64,000 bases of DNA from a virus, in the IMG/VR virus record IMGVR_UViG_3300046779_001269, positions 96,001-160,000 of that record. One strand, 5' to 3'. Both the position numbers and the translations under genes were made by a program. Positions 47,821 to 57,572 of the stretch are shown here, in pieces (position 1 is the first letter of the stretch; each line of letters opens with the position of its first letter). The notes under the pieces are model-generated. The model was not told the origin of the DNA. It worked only from the letters and a program-made list of their open reading frames with translations, and did not search any database.

Positions 47821-48470
47821 CCGTTTTCTCGATAGAATTTTATATAGTCCAATAGAATATTTAGGTAATTCTCTGTTTTTTCAACAAATACCAATGGTTC
47901 TGAGCCTTCCACAGCCATGATAATAACGATTTGGTCGATGCCTACACCAATCATTTCTTCATACATGCAAGCATAAGCAACACATTGAGCAAAGTAATTA
48001 TCAATGTCTTCCTTCTTCTTAGGACGGCGTGAGGTCTTAAAGTCAATAACAGATAATACACCATCAAACTCTGCAATACAGTCAACACGACCTGCCATAC
48101 CCAATTGGAGAGACCATAACGCACATTCCTGATAATGAATGTTGTTGATTCTATTCAGTATAGGTTTAAGTGGCAGGAACATCTCCTTGGCGTCAGGCAT
48201 GATATTGCCAAGTGATTCATTATTCAAGTATCGTTCACATAATGTGTGTACATTGGTGCCACGGGAAGTGGCCTTGCGTGATATCTTGTTTGCTTCTTCA
48301 TCACCAACTCTCTTGCGCCACTCCAAGATGGCCTGTTTACCCTTTGCACCAATGACCGTAGTCACGGACGGCAACTTAACACCATCGGGTGTGGTGTAGT
48401 ATCGTTTACCGTCAGGGAATGTTTGTGATTTTAGGTCAGCGAGTTCTTTTGGTGGGCAATATGTAAACAT
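47817..48470 (-). CDS. PD-(D/E)XK exonuclease (T4-like conserved)
   Basis: LPSVTTV, RGTNVHTLCE, AGRVDCIAEFDG.LSVIDFKTS, YFAQ. Confidence 0.88.
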   Translation of the reverse strand: MFTYCPPKELADLKSQTFPDGKRYYTTPDGVKLPSVTTVIGAKGKQAILEWRKRVGDEEANKISRKATSRGTNVHTLCERYLNNESLGNIMPDAKEMFLPLKPILNRINNIHYQECALWSLQLGMAGRVDCIAEFDGVLSVIDFKTSRRPKKKEDIDNYFAQCVAYACMYEEMIGVGIDQIVIIMAVEGSEPLVFVEKTENYLNILLDYIKFYRENG

Positions 48471-49234
48471 TAATCTTGTGAATCCTCATAATTCATTTTA
48501 GCTAAAATATAATCACGCACAAGACTACTTCTAACAATATCTTCTGGTGTAAATTCAATTCGTGTGAATGCCGACATATGGTGTGCAATATCAAAGAACT
48601 TCAAAATGCCTGACATATCATTCTTGCGTTTATTCAAATCTGTTTGACGATAATCACCACACCAGATAATCTTTGAACGATAACCAACACGGGTCATAAC
48701 TGTATCAATTTCTTCAAAGGTCAAGTTTTGCATTTCATCAACAATAATAATTGCATCATCAAAACTCATACCACGAATGAATGATGTGGAGATAAACTCA
48801 ATATAACCTTGTTCATTCAACCGTGCATAGGCATCTTTACGGTCAAATAGTGTGTGACAGATTTGCACATATGGTTGTTGATAGATTTCCATCTTTTCAT
48901 CAACATCACCTGGCAAGTGTCCCATTTCACGGGACTGTACCGCTGAACGGACAATAATAATCTTATTAAATGGATTTGATTTATCCAATACCTCTTCTAA
49001 TGCTTTGTATAATGCACAGAAGGTTTTACCTGTACCTGCAACGCCGTGAAGTGCAACAAAATAATCTCCACGCTTGTATGCATCAAAAAATGTTTTCTGA
49101 TTTTGCGTTAATGGCTCAAATGTCTTTAAATCGTTTATTTTTATTTTTAGTGAATTACTTATTGCTTGGTGTCTTGTCTTAGTAGTTTGTTCTTCAATAA
49201 CTTCTTCTCTACTAATCTGTTTTTTTGTCGCCAT
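48470..49234 (-). CDS. phoH: PhoH-family ATPase
   Basis: GVAGTGKT, MGHLPG, FIRGMSF, IVDEMQN, GDYRQTDL, DIVRSSLV. Confidence 0.95.
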   Translation of the reverse strand: MATKKQISREEVIEEQTTKTRHQAISNSLKIKINDLKTFEPLTQNQKTFFDAYKRGDYFVALHGVAGTGKTFCALYKALEEVLDKSNPFNKIIIVRSAVQSREMGHLPGDVDEKMEIYQQPYVQICHTLFDRKDAYARLNEQGYIEFISTSFIRGMSFDDAIIIVDEMQNLTFEEIDTVMTRVGYRSKIIWCGDYRQTDLNKRKNDMSGILKFFDIAHHMSAFTRIEFTPEDIVRSSLVRDYILAKMNYEDSQD

Positions 49235-49243
49235 TAAAACTCC

Positions 49244-49387
49244 CTATGTTAATAACATTGCAACTTTTTTAGTTTGCTTTTCTTCTTTCTTTTTGAATTG
49301 TCTTTTTTTAGGGGTTTCTTTCTTCACGGTGGTTTTTTTATCACTGTCACTCCTTTTTGGAAGAAATAATGCTGGTATTTGTGCCAT
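49244..49387 (-). CDS. Small Lys-rich protein (47 aa)
   Basis: Below ORF-track cutoff; MAQIPALFLPKRSDSDKKTTVKKETPKKRQFKKK...; TAATG coupling to the upstream gene. Confidence 0.5.
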   Translation of the reverse strand: MAQIPALFLPKRSDSDKKTTVKKETPKKRQFKKKEEKQTKKVAMLLT

Positions 49388-49662
49388 TACCACTCTCTTG
49401 GTCGTTTTGTTTTGTGACCAGACATGGTGTTTCCTGGAATGGATTCTTGCATACGTTGAATAACACCAGTTTCAAACGCAGCATGTGGTTGTGCAATGCC
49501 TGGAACAGACATGCGTTGGCCATCACCTAGACCAACAACATTCTCGGCAGAAAAGTATCGTTCTAGGTGTGGATTATCTTCTTTGAATTTTTCATACTCA
49601 GCCAAACGCATAGTATGTTCTTCAATTTCATTTGTATTTTTATTTAAAAATGTGTAAATCAT
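49387..49662 (-). CDS. Conserved T4-like hypothetical protein
   Basis: YTFLNKNTNEIEEH...FKEDNPHLE pattern; upstream of phoH. Confidence 0.65.
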   Translation of the reverse strand: MIYTFLNKNTNEIEEHTMRLAEYEKFKEDNPHLERYFSAENVVGLGDGQRMSVPGIAQPHAAFETGVIQRMQESIPGNTMSGHKTKRPREW

Positions 49663-49875
49663 TTAGTTTTGTTCCGTGTAATTTTTCTGTGCAAGTTCTC
49701 TAACAACTTGTACTTTTTTATTTACTTCTGGTTCAAATGTATTGGGTCCAAAAGCAGGTGTCTCAGTATACTTCCTTACTTTAAGACACTCTTGAAAACT
49801 TTTCTTAAATTGTTTGTATCCAGTTTTTACACCGATTCTTACTGAGTCACAAAAATCACACACCAACTGTTTCAT
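49663..49875 (-). CDS. Hypothetical protein (CxxC)
   Basis: Co-oriented ORF filling the operon gap. Confidence 0.5.
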   Translation of the reverse strand: MKQLVCDFCDSVRIGVKTGYKQFKKSFQECLKVRKYTETPAFGPNTFEPEVNKKVQVVRELAQKNYTEQN

Positions 49876-50428
49876 CGAACCACTCCGGTACTTTACGAGA
49901 ATTAATTTTACCTGACCATGAGGCCAAGTGTTGCTTATTCATTATATAGTAATTACGATATGATTTGATAGAATCACCGGCAACTTTTACATCATCGGGC
50001 ATTGCTGGTGTAGGTTCTGTAAAAGGTGCATGTGCAGGAATATTCATTGGTGTATACATCAATTCTTCTTCAAGACCATCACGCTCAACTTTATGAACTT
50101 TACCATAACGATAGGTGTATTCTTTACACAATTCGGTCAACAGTTTAGACAACCAGACATAGTTGGCATAAGATTGACGGGCCCAAATTGCTGAAGGATG
50201 GTTAATATGAGTAGCCCGATAAAGCACAGTATCACGATTATCAGGGAGTATATACGTGGTTCGTTGTCGGCCAGCTGCGCCTCCCCTATCAATAGTAGGA
50301 GTGCCATCAAGCACCCGATGAGCGGTAGAAAGTAATTGAGCATACTCAAGGATCATTTTAATACAATGTTTGTCATTGTGCATTTCGGCACAGACACGAG
50401 GTTCTGGGTGTAAATAAAAGATATTCAT
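49856..50428 (-). CDS. Pyrimidine-dimer DNA glycosylase-like (DenV-related) protein
   Basis: MNIFYL...HNDKHCIKMILEYAQLLSTAH, THINHPSAIW, EYTYRYGKVH, AMPD, YRNYY. Confidence 0.7.
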   Translation of the reverse strand: MNIFYLHPEPRVCAEMHNDKHCIKMILEYAQLLSTAHRVLDGTPTIDRGGAAGRQRTTYILPDNRDTVLYRATHINHPSAIWARQSYANYVWLSKLLTELCKEYTYRYGKVHKVERDGLEEELMYTPMNIPAHAPFTEPTPAMPDDVKVAGDSIKSYRNYYIMNKQHLASWSGKINSRKVPEWFDETVGV

Positions 50429-50435
50429 AACGAGT

Positions 50436-50464
50436 ATTATAACACATCATTCGGTATATGGCAA
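50436..50464 (-). promoter_or_regulatory. Early promoter TTGCCA-N17-TATAAT with extended -10
   Basis: One of five matching sites at operon starts. Confidence 0.8.
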
Positions 50465-50725
50465 GCGCACTCTTTCCACATCTGTCCAGTCTTTTTTCAA
50501 TATGGCACTACCATAGTTGTCGTGTTCCCACGTCTGTACCTGCAAACCCACCTTAACAACTTCACCACCATTTTCATATTCCGCCACACGGAATTTGTAG
50601 GACAACGGTTTGGCCACCGTTACACCAGATTGTGGTATTTCCACCTTAAATGCACCACCATTTTGATATACTGATGGTGGTGCATTATAATTCGTAGTTA
50701 CCGTTTGTGTATTTAATAGTTCCAT
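50447..50725 (-). CDS. Hypothetical protein
   Basis: Co-oriented ORF. Confidence 0.6.
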   Translation of the reverse strand: MELLNTQTVTTNYNAPPSVYQNGGAFKVEIPQSGVTVAKPLSYKFRVAEYENGGEVVKVGLQVQTWEHDNYGSAILKKDWTDVERVRLPYTE

Positions 50726-51006
50726 AATAATCTAATCAATCCAATTGTATCAATAGTTGTTAAGAGGATATAGTTCGCCAGCATTCCAAAACTTTTTCTA
50801 CTCCAAGCAGCCCAAGCATAAAGGCCACACCCAGCAATCCAAGCAGGGTAAAAGTGAATAAGAGGAGGATTAGGCATAGTGTACGCCATACCGATACTGC
50901 AAAAGATTGAGAGTGACCAGGCCAACAATTCGACAAAGAATCGAATTCGGTTTGTTTTGTAGTCATTTTTAATCCACTCAAAAATGCCGGCGACTATATC
51001 ATTCAT
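50713..51006 (-). CDS. Small multi-pass membrane protein
   Basis: Three hydrophobic segments. Confidence 0.65.
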   Translation of the reverse strand: MNDIVAGIFEWIKNDYKTNRIRFFVELLAWSLSIFCSIGMAYTMPNPPLIHFYPAWIAGCGLYAWAAWSRKSFGMLANYILLTTIDTIGLIRLLWNY

Positions 51007-51350
51007 TACAGTTTAGGAATATCTAAAGGTGCATCAACTGGTGTTTTTGCCTTAGTTTGCTTAACAGCTTTTTCTTTTCCAAACAAATCACCAACTGGTG
51101 CTGGTTCCTTTTCTCTCTTTGGGAATCTAGCAGCAATATCTTCCGCACTAATTGTTTGCATTACAAACTGCTTGAATTCTGAATAATCATTCTTAACACG
51201 CATTGCACTCTTAGAGTTCATGCCTGCACCATCGGCAGTGAACAGAGCACAACCACCAGATGCTAAAGGTGCAATCTCAACGATTGAATCCAAGTTAATA
51301 ATAACTGGACAACCCTTTTCAATAGAATCAACTTCGATAAACATACTCAT
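51006..51350 (-). CDS. Hypothetical protein
   Basis: SD AGGAG; coupled to the next gene. Confidence 0.65.
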   Translation of the reverse strand: MSMFIEVDSIEKGCPVIINLDSIVEIAPLASGGCALFTADGAGMNSKSAMRVKNDYSEFKQFVMQTISAEDIAARFPKREKEPAPVGDLFGKEKAVKQTKAKTPVDAPLDIPKL

Positions 51351-51359
51351 ACTAACTCC

Positions 51360-51617
51360 TTATTTTCTATCACAATCAGGGACACGCACCAAATATACGG
51401 TCACATCATCGTTCGGTCTTACAAAAAAACATTCACCTTTGATTGACCAGGTCAGGTGATTTTGAATACCATCTTTGTATTCTTTTAGTGCTGGGTTTTC
51501 TTTCTGTGCAGGTTGCATGAAAAAGAAATAGTAAAGAAGTGCAATTAGAATAGTAAAATCCATAATGTTTCTCAACACAGAATTGCTTACAAACACTTTA
51601 AATTTTTCAAACATCAA
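51360..51617 (-). CDS. Small membrane-anchored protein
   Basis: One TM segment, C...C domain. Confidence 0.6.
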   Translation of the reverse strand: MMFEKFKVFVSNSVLRNIMDFTILIALLYYFFFMQPAQKENPALKEYKDGIQNHLTWSIKGECFFVRPNDDVTVYLVRVPDCDRK

Positions 51618-51868
51618 AATACTCCAAAAAGTTTATGACCAACAATCCAAACTAAAACACAGAACCAAAATGTAAATAATAGAATCAAATTCCATTTAAT
51701 ACATTCTTCACCGTAATATTCTTTTTCTTTCTTAATGAAGTCTCGTTGCGCTAGCACCATATCTGGTACACCACGTTCAGAATACTTATCATCTTTCAAC
51801 ATAGTAACAGTTTTTTCAGCCTCATGCAGGCGTCTGCTCGCCGAAATATAATCAAGATAACATAACAT
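51614..51868 (-). CDS. Hypothetical protein with C-terminal TM helix
   Basis: Start reassigned to MLCYLDY. Confidence 0.55.
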   Translation of the reverse strand: MLCYLDYISASRRLHEAEKTVTMLKDDKYSERGVPDMVLAQRDFIKKEKEYYGEECIKWNLILLFTFWFCVLVWIVGHKLFGVF

Positions 51869-51869
51869 A

Positions 51870-52043
51870 TTAACCCCAATGGCGTATGACGCCTGCAATA
51901 ATAAAACAGTTTGTGACCAAGTATGATAACACAATTATTGTCCTAACGAAAGCCACCCGGTCGGCAAACTTGTCATTGTGGTGTGCCTTTTCACCTAAGG
52001 CTTTTGCCCAAACATTCCACCAATAACGCAGGTATAACTTCAT
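51870..52043 (-). CDS. Small conserved phage membrane protein
   Basis: WAKALGEKA...ADRVAFVRT...NCFIIAGVIRHW. Confidence 0.65.
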   Translation of the reverse strand: MKLYLRYWWNVWAKALGEKAHHNDKFADRVAFVRTIIVLSYLVTNCFIIAGVIRHWG

Positions 52044-52645
52044 CAGTCCCACAGTCCTTCGTAGTATTTACCAAACAAACGGAATCCATTTGCACGGCGT
52101 GCTTGATGTGCCTTCAAACCTGCCCAATCAATTTTTGGTGGTTCGTAGTCTTTGTCCCAAGGTTTACTGTCCCAGTTTTCACCATGGTCGAAATATGGAG
52201 ATTCATCATCACCATTTACTTTTTGTTCAAATGCCCAAATCATTTCATCAAGGACATATTCCCAGCGTTTGTGCCAGTTGGCATCAGTTTCCCATTCTTC
52301 AACAGGCCATGCACAGTATGAACGCAATTCAAAAGGTACATCTTCATCATCAACTTTAGGTGAACCATGTTTGGTTGCCTTCAGTTGATTCAACATTGGA
52401 AGAATGATATCAGCCAAGGTGTGGTCCATTGACCATGTATCATAATGGTCAACCTTCACATAATTAATTTTTGGATAAATGAAGTCAAGTAACTTTTGCC
52501 ATGCTTGGCAGAATGGCAACAAACGGTCTGACCATTTCTCAATGAACGGATCATCGTAGTCAATTTCTTTCCAGAAAAATACTTTCTCCAAGATTGTATA
52601 TGGAGAAAGCCAGTGGTTGCGATAATTTGATTTATAGATTTTCAT
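52043..52645 (-). CDS. Conserved phage hypothetical protein
   Basis: DTWSMDHTLADIILPML, WEYVLDEMIWAFE, GFRLFGKYYEGLWD. Confidence 0.75.
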   Translation of the reverse strand: MKIYKSNYRNHWLSPYTILEKVFFWKEIDYDDPFIEKWSDRLLPFCQAWQKLLDFIYPKINYVKVDHYDTWSMDHTLADIILPMLNQLKATKHGSPKVDDEDVPFELRSYCAWPVEEWETDANWHKRWEYVLDEMIWAFEQKVNGDDESPYFDHGENWDSKPWDKDYEPPKIDWAGLKAHQARRANGFRLFGKYYEGLWD

Positions 52646-53487
52646 ATCTTCATCATTTCTTCGAGTGTAAATTTGTTTTGAGGCATATACGGAGAAACTA
52701 TGTATGTTTTTGCTGTGCCAGAATCACCAACACGCCGTGGTTTCACAACAACCTCAAAGTCACATTCATTTGCCTTCTTAAATGCATTAACACAATCCAT
52801 AACAGAAACAGGCATAGCACGGCCAAGATATTCAAAAACTGGTTGAATCTCAGCACCAGGCACGCAACTTGCTCGGTTGATTGCCTTTTCTATTGCATGA
52901 CAAACTTCCATCACATGAATATAGTCACGCAATGCTGTTCCGTCAAATGTATTGTAATCATTACCATACAAATTAAATGTGCCTGTTTCTTTTGCCTTCA
53001 TTAGATTGAAAAGTAATCCATCTGGATTTGTTGGATTAAAATCATAATCACGACCAGTAACGTTACCAAAACGGAAGATGGTATGCTTCTTATTGTTCAA
53101 TGCACAATATTGGCGAATGATGCCTTCCGCAATATATTTGGTGTGGCCATAAACGTGTGAATCACTTGCCTGACAGGTTGATGCAAAGATAAAGTTTTTA
53201 TACTGGATTCGTTCCAACATATTCATGGTACCGACCACATTGGTGCGATAGTAATCCATTGCAGCCATCTGACCACCACCAACCTGCACCAATGAAGCAA
53301 GGTGAATAACTGTATCGTATTCACCTTCAATATCTTTATTCTCCAGAATATTTTGTTCAAAGAACCGGTCAGCAAATTGTGTTTTGAACACACGGTCTAA
53401 TCCTGTAACATGATAGGAATTACCTAGAAATTTACACAAATGTTGGCCAATATAACCACTACTGCCTGTTATCAAAACCTTTTTCAT
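52642..53487 (-). CDS. NAD-dependent epimerase/dehydratase (GalE-like SDR)
   Basis: TGSSGYIG, VIHLA, YGHTK (YxxxK), DGTALRDYIHV, RRVGD. Confidence 0.88.
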   Translation of the reverse strand: MKKVLITGSSGYIGQHLCKFLGNSYHVTGLDRVFKTQFADRFFEQNILENKDIEGEYDTVIHLASLVQVGGGQMAAMDYYRTNVVGTMNMLERIQYKNFIFASTCQASDSHVYGHTKYIAEGIIRQYCALNNKKHTIFRFGNVTGRDYDFNPTNPDGLLFNLMKAKETGTFNLYGNDYNTFDGTALRDYIHVMEVCHAIEKAINRASCVPGAEIQPVFEYLGRAMPVSVMDCVNAFKKANECDFEVVVKPRRVGDSGTAKTYIVSPYMPQNKFTLEEMMKI

Positions 53488-53924
53488 TCTTCATCCTTGT
53501 AATCAATCATATTGATAAAATTCATTTTCTTCACATCAGGCAAATCTGCCAAATAATCATTGTCTTTGTTAAACAATTCCATAAAATCTGTGGCTGACAA
53601 TTCACGGGAAGAGAAGATGTGTGTGCCTATATGTTCCTGTGAGAATTCTTTGAAGTCAACGTTGTGTTCATTCATAACCACTTCATCCCAAGCATGACTT
53701 TCTTCACGAGCTTCAACAACATACCGCATACGGAATGTGGACATAACTTCAACCAAATATAATTTCTTTTCCATTTCTTCCACCTCAGTCCAATATTCAT
53801 AAGAATCGTCAGTACCAAAACCTTCTTCCAATAAGGCATGAAGGTCACAAAAAGGATGGTCGCCTGCAAACTGAGTGCAACGCAACCATCGAGCATTTTC
53901 TTCACAACGTGAACACTTCATCAT
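53484..53924 (-). CDS. Hypothetical protein (N-terminal Cys/His cluster)
   Basis: CSRC...C...CDLH, then YLVEVMSTFRMRYVVEA. Confidence 0.6.
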   Translation of the reverse strand: MMKCSRCEENARWLRCTQFAGDHPFCDLHALLEEGFGTDDSYEYWTEVEEMEKKLYLVEVMSTFRMRYVVEAREESHAWDEVVMNEHNVDFKEFSQEHIGTHIFSSRELSATDFMELFNKDNDYLADLPDVKKMNFINMIDYKDEE

Positions 53925-54187
53925 TCAATACCATAAATTTGTTTCACATTGGCTGGTGGATAACCACACACCACATAGAATTTATCTTTGGTGTTTGGCA
54001 CTTTACGAATCAACCAATGGCCATTCTGTACAAACCACATTTCTTCATCAGATAGGTGTTCGTATCTTCCTGGTTTTAGTTCACTCAAAGGAACTGCCTC
54101 ATAATCACCACCAGCCATGATATTGACACCAGCTTTTATATTTTCTGTTGTCATATCAATCATTCGTTGAACATCACTTTCACGCAT
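53921..54187 (-). CDS. Hypothetical protein
   Basis: Start reassigned to MRESDVQ. Confidence 0.55.
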   Translation of the reverse strand: MRESDVQRMIDMTTENIKAGVNIMAGGDYEAVPLSELKPGRYEHLSDEEMWFVQNGHWLIRKVPNTKDKFYVVCGYPPANVKQIYGIE

Positions 54188-54188
54188 A

Positions 54189-55094
54189 TTAAACCTCGAT
54201 GTATTGCAATTTGAAAATATCAGCTTGCGCTTCGTACATATGGTAACCACGAGGGTTAGCAACCACACGGGTAGAACCAATCATATAATCAAAGTTGTGG
54301 TGAGTATGTCCATGTGTCCATACTTTGATTTGTGGACGATCCAACATAAACTCCGACAAATCAGAACTGTATGCACCGTTCACTTGCACATCCTTTTCGT
54401 ATTGTGGTTTTGTAGACAATTTGCAAGGCGCATGATGACCAACAACCACAAACTTAGTGGTAGGTTCAGCATCAACAACTTCAGCAATGAACTTCAAGGT
54501 CGCCTTGTGTTCTTGCACAGACAATTCTGGTGAGAACTTTGAAGGACGAGTTTCAATTTCATAGTGGTCAAGAACTGTTGAATTGACTTCACCAATCTTT
54601 TGCATAATGTAATTGCCTTCTTCATCTTTTTTGTAGATGGCCTTTTTGAACTGCACCATTTCATTGCTGTTTTCAATGATGCGGTAGTCGTTCATGTAAC
54701 CTTTGATATGATTCAAGGTGATAGGATCTTCCTTGTTCATATCAGTCCACAATGTACCACAAACAAATGTTACATCACCAATACGGATGAATTCTTTTTC
54801 CATAACATGGATGTTGGGCAACTCTTGCAAAGCACCTCTGATGAGGTCGTAAGACTTTGCAAAATCGCCATGGTAATGCTCGTGATTACCCATGATGTAA
54901 ATCACATCTTTGAATTCGGATGCAACTTGCTCAAAGAACTTCATCCATTCCAGACTACGCTTGCTGTCTGTGAAAGCCAAATCTTTGGCAACACAAATAT
55001 CACCAGAAAGCACCAACACATCGGCGCCTTCGGTGTTCAATAATTTAATGTGACCAAACTCTAAGTGTAGGTCCGAACATAATGCAAATTTCAT
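54189..55094 (-). CDS. Calcineurin-like metallophosphoesterase
   Basis: SDLHLE, LSGD, GNHEHY, GHHAP, HGHTH, NPRGY. Confidence 0.92.
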   Translation of the reverse strand: MKFALCSDLHLEFGHIKLLNTEGADVLVLSGDICVAKDLAFTDSKRSLEWMKFFEQVASEFKDVIYIMGNHEHYHGDFAKSYDLIRGALQELPNIHVMEKEFIRIGDVTFVCGTLWTDMNKEDPITLNHIKGYMNDYRIIENSNEMVQFKKAIYKKDEEGNYIMQKIGEVNSTVLDHYEIETRPSKFSPELSVQEHKATLKFIAEVVDAEPTTKFVVVGHHAPCKLSTKPQYEKDVQVNGAYSSDLSEFMLDRPQIKVWTHGHTHHNFDYMIGSTRVVANPRGYHMYEAQADIFKLQYIEV

Positions 55095-55115
55095 TTACTT
55101 CTCCAGTATGTGTAT

Positions 55116-55144
55116 ATTATAACACAAACAGGTTATTTTGGCAA
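55116..55144 (-). promoter_or_regulatory. Early promoter TTGCCA-N17-TATAAT with extended -10
   Basis: Matches the five-site family. Confidence 0.8.
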
Positions 55145-55537
55145 GCCTTGTTCCCGTAGTATCCGGACTTGGGTGTCCGGCACCGTACAAACTCTGGCAC
55201 GGTACATATAGCCATGTTGACTTGGATCTTCTGTTTTTGTGAATTCAATATGGTTATTTTTCCAAAGTTCATTAACCATATCTTGAATCAATTGTTTCTT
55301 AATAACATTATTATATGCATCATCATCTAGAGATGAATTCATCCTATGTGAAAAATCATAACTTCTAGAAACAACAACCATCTTACCTTGAATATGATAT
55401 TCTCTATGATTTATGGTTGTATTATTCCAATTGGCATTGGTGATAGTACCGGAACCAGTACCTGTTGGTATTATTGTTGTCTGAGGAATAGCATTATGAC
55501 TTCGTTGATTATTGTAATTGGGATTCCAGACCGCCAT
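55133..55537 (-). CDS. Hypothetical protein
   Basis: Co-oriented ORF. Confidence 0.6.
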   Translation of the reverse strand: MAVWNPNYNNQRSHNAIPQTTIIPTGTGSGTITNANWNNTTINHREYHIQGKMVVVSRSYDFSHRMNSSLDDDAYNNVIKKQLIQDMVNELWKNNHIEFTKTEDPSQHGYMYRARVCTVPDTQVRILREQGLPK

Positions 55538-56099
55538 ATTTGTAACCTCTTTTCATAAATTTATCTATTCTGCCTGCTGATGGCATTCTACCTTCATTAG
55601 CAACTAATATTTTATTCACACAACAATCATATTGCTCTCTTGAAATGTACATTTTATCATTTTTAGAATCATAATATGGCAAGCAATGTTTGAAATCAAA
55701 TGTTGTTCGCACATCAGCTGGTTCACCATAGTGTTTAATAATCACCTGAATGCCATTCTTCAATGTCATAGCATTCTCGGTGATTAACAAACCTTTTGGA
55801 TGATTGTCCACATCACGATACTTTTCATCATATACAGCCACCTCATTTTTATATGAGTCCATCTGATACAATTTAATCACATCTTCACACATCTTTTTTG
55901 TGCGGAAATACACATCAAAATCTTTTGGTGTCTCACCTTGAAGAATTGACGCTGTGCATCCACCACTCACAAAAAAATCTGTTATGAAGCCTGGACCCAA
56001 CTTATGAATAGTCAAATTGAAGTCATGCAGTTTATGTATTATTGCATCCTTCACACGTAATATTCTTCCAATTTCATGTTGTTCAAATTTATCAGTCAT
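55509..56099 (-). CDS. Pol-beta-superfamily nucleotidyltransferase-like protein
   Basis: FVSGGCTAS...PKDFDVYF (GG + DxD), TFDF. Confidence 0.65.
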   Translation of the reverse strand: MTDKFEQHEIGRILRVKDAIIHKLHDFNLTIHKLGPGFITDFFVSGGCTASILQGETPKDFDVYFRTKKMCEDVIKLYQMDSYKNEVAVYDEKYRDVDNHPKGLLITENAMTLKNGIQVIIKHYGEPADVRTTFDFKHCLPYYDSKNDKMYISREQYDCCVNKILVANEGRMPSAGRIDKFMKRGYKYGGLESQLQ

Positions 56100-56472
56100 C
56101 AATTTTCTCAATAATCAGGTCACAGTCAATAATCATTTCACAATCTTCTTGCACCCAACCTTCTTCTTCTAGGTCAAGCCAAGAATTATCTTCTAAGAAT
56201 TCTTCAACTTGTTCACGTGTTTCATCGTCACAATCATCATAATCAATCTCTTCCCAGCAACCATCAGAGGTTTCAACCAATTCACTATTGTAACCACAGG
56301 CATAAATGTCAACGCCTGCTTCAATGTTTGGTGGATTATCATCATCAGTTTCTACCGTGAATTCACCCCAACGCCAACCAGTTTCAACAACGATTCGGTT
56401 GCCATCTTTGGATAGAATGTTACGCTCAATGATGGATTTTTTCCATGCGGGTTTTACAGACCATAATGCCAT
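56092..56472 (-). CDS. Acidic hypothetical protein
   Basis: D/E-rich; ETGWRWGEF. Confidence 0.65.
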   Translation of the reverse strand: MALWSVKPAWKKSIIERNILSKDGNRIVVETGWRWGEFTVETDDDNPPNIEAGVDIYACGYNSELVETSDGCWEEIDYDDCDDETREQVEEFLEDNSWLDLEEEGWVQEDCEMIIDCDLIIEKIDD

Positions 56473-56801
56473 TATTTTTTCTCCACGGTCGGTTCTACAA
56501 ATTCAGGTTCAAATGGTGGTGCACGGTGCGACATAATATTATTAACAGCCATGCTCATTGCATACAAAGGAAAGAATAGTATGGTAAGAGATACAGTCAA
56601 TACAACACCAACGGCAACAAACAATTTCACATACATCACATATGTAATTTCAAGTAACAGGTTCCAAAAACCTTTTACACCAAAATTGTTGTCATGCGTT
56701 ACACCATCATTAAATTCACGAATATGGTTTCTGAATGCCAAGGTTAGACCTTCGGATCTTTCAGTAAGAATATCCACAATACCACGATACAGTTTTAACA
56801 T
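56472..56801 (-). CDS. Membrane protein
   Basis: Long hydrophobic segment. Confidence 0.6.
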   Translation of the reverse strand: MLKLYRGIVDILTERSEGLTLAFRNHIREFNDGVTHDNNFGVKGFWNLLLEITYVMYVKLFVAVGVVLTVSLTILFFPLYAMSMAVNNIMSHRAPPFEPEFVEPTVEKK

Positions 56802-56809
56802 AAAATTCC

Positions 56810-57298
56810 TTAACGATAAGTTGCTTGAAATACGACAGCATTTGGTTTCTTCAATGCTTCTGCACGGCGTGCTTTGTATTCTTCATTGTCAACATTCAAC
56901 AATTGTACATGAGACACTGGTTTGAAGTCAACTTCTTTTTCGGCAGACTTTTCAGGTACAGGTAATGGTTGCATTTTCTCCAATGCCTTTTCTTCAATTA
57001 CCCGTTCTTGCCACAATTTATCACACTTGTCTTTTGGATAATCTGCAAGACCCGTACAATCTTCCATGAATGCTGTTTGGTCTTCGGTCATCACCTCTTG
57101 TTTAACTTCAGGTTTGGCCTCTGTGGTTGATTCCATTGGTGAAATAAACAGAGAAGCAACACCAATCATAATGGCACCTGGCAAAATGATATGCCAATAC
57201 ATTCCAATACAAACAGCCGCAACTACGAATAGTACGGCAAGAATTAACATTGAATGTGTGATACCAACACTTGAGAGTGCGCTCATAGCAGGAGACAT
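56810..57298 (-). CDS. Membrane protein (two TM helices + soluble domain)
   Basis: Start MSPAMS after SD AAGGAG. Confidence 0.65.
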   Translation of the reverse strand: MSPAMSALSSVGITHSMLILAVLFVVAAVCIGMYWHIILPGAIMIGVASLFISPMESTTEAKPEVKQEVMTEDQTAFMEDCTGLADYPKDKCDKLWQERVIEEKALEKMQPLPVPEKSAEKEVDFKPVSHVQLLNVDNEEYKARRAEALKKPNAVVFQATYR

Positions 57299-57299
57299 A

Positions 57300-57545
57300 T
57301 TATTCTCCTTTTTGGTTGTGTTGGTGATATGGGTCGCAATGCACTTCAACAGGCACAAGGACAACGCCATGGTCTGTTTTTTGTGATAGATATTGTACCG
57401 TTGGTTTCATACGACCATTAATACAATCACGAGCACCCGCAATTACAGCAGGACGATCCATATATTTTGGACCATCATAACCAGAAATTTTGGATGTGCC
57501 GCAAGCCGTGAGGCCGAGCAAGGTCAATAAGGCAAGATATTTCAT
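57300..57545 (-). CDS. Lipoprotein
   Basis: MKYLALLTLLGLTA|C lipobox; two further Cys. Confidence 0.75.
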   Translation of the reverse strand: MKYLALLTLLGLTACGTSKISGYDGPKYMDRPAVIAGARDCINGRMKPTVQYLSQKTDHGVVLVPVEVHCDPYHQHNQKGE

Positions 57546-57572
57546 AACAAAGTCCTTCACAAACATGAAAGG

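Noticed and set aside
47711-47920. 69-aa plus-strand ORF (MVDLGGVEPPS) or a stand-alone tRNA at 47721-47750
   Set aside because: It is the antisense reading of the tmRNA T-arm and acceptor end; the matching 5' strand lies downstream at 47627
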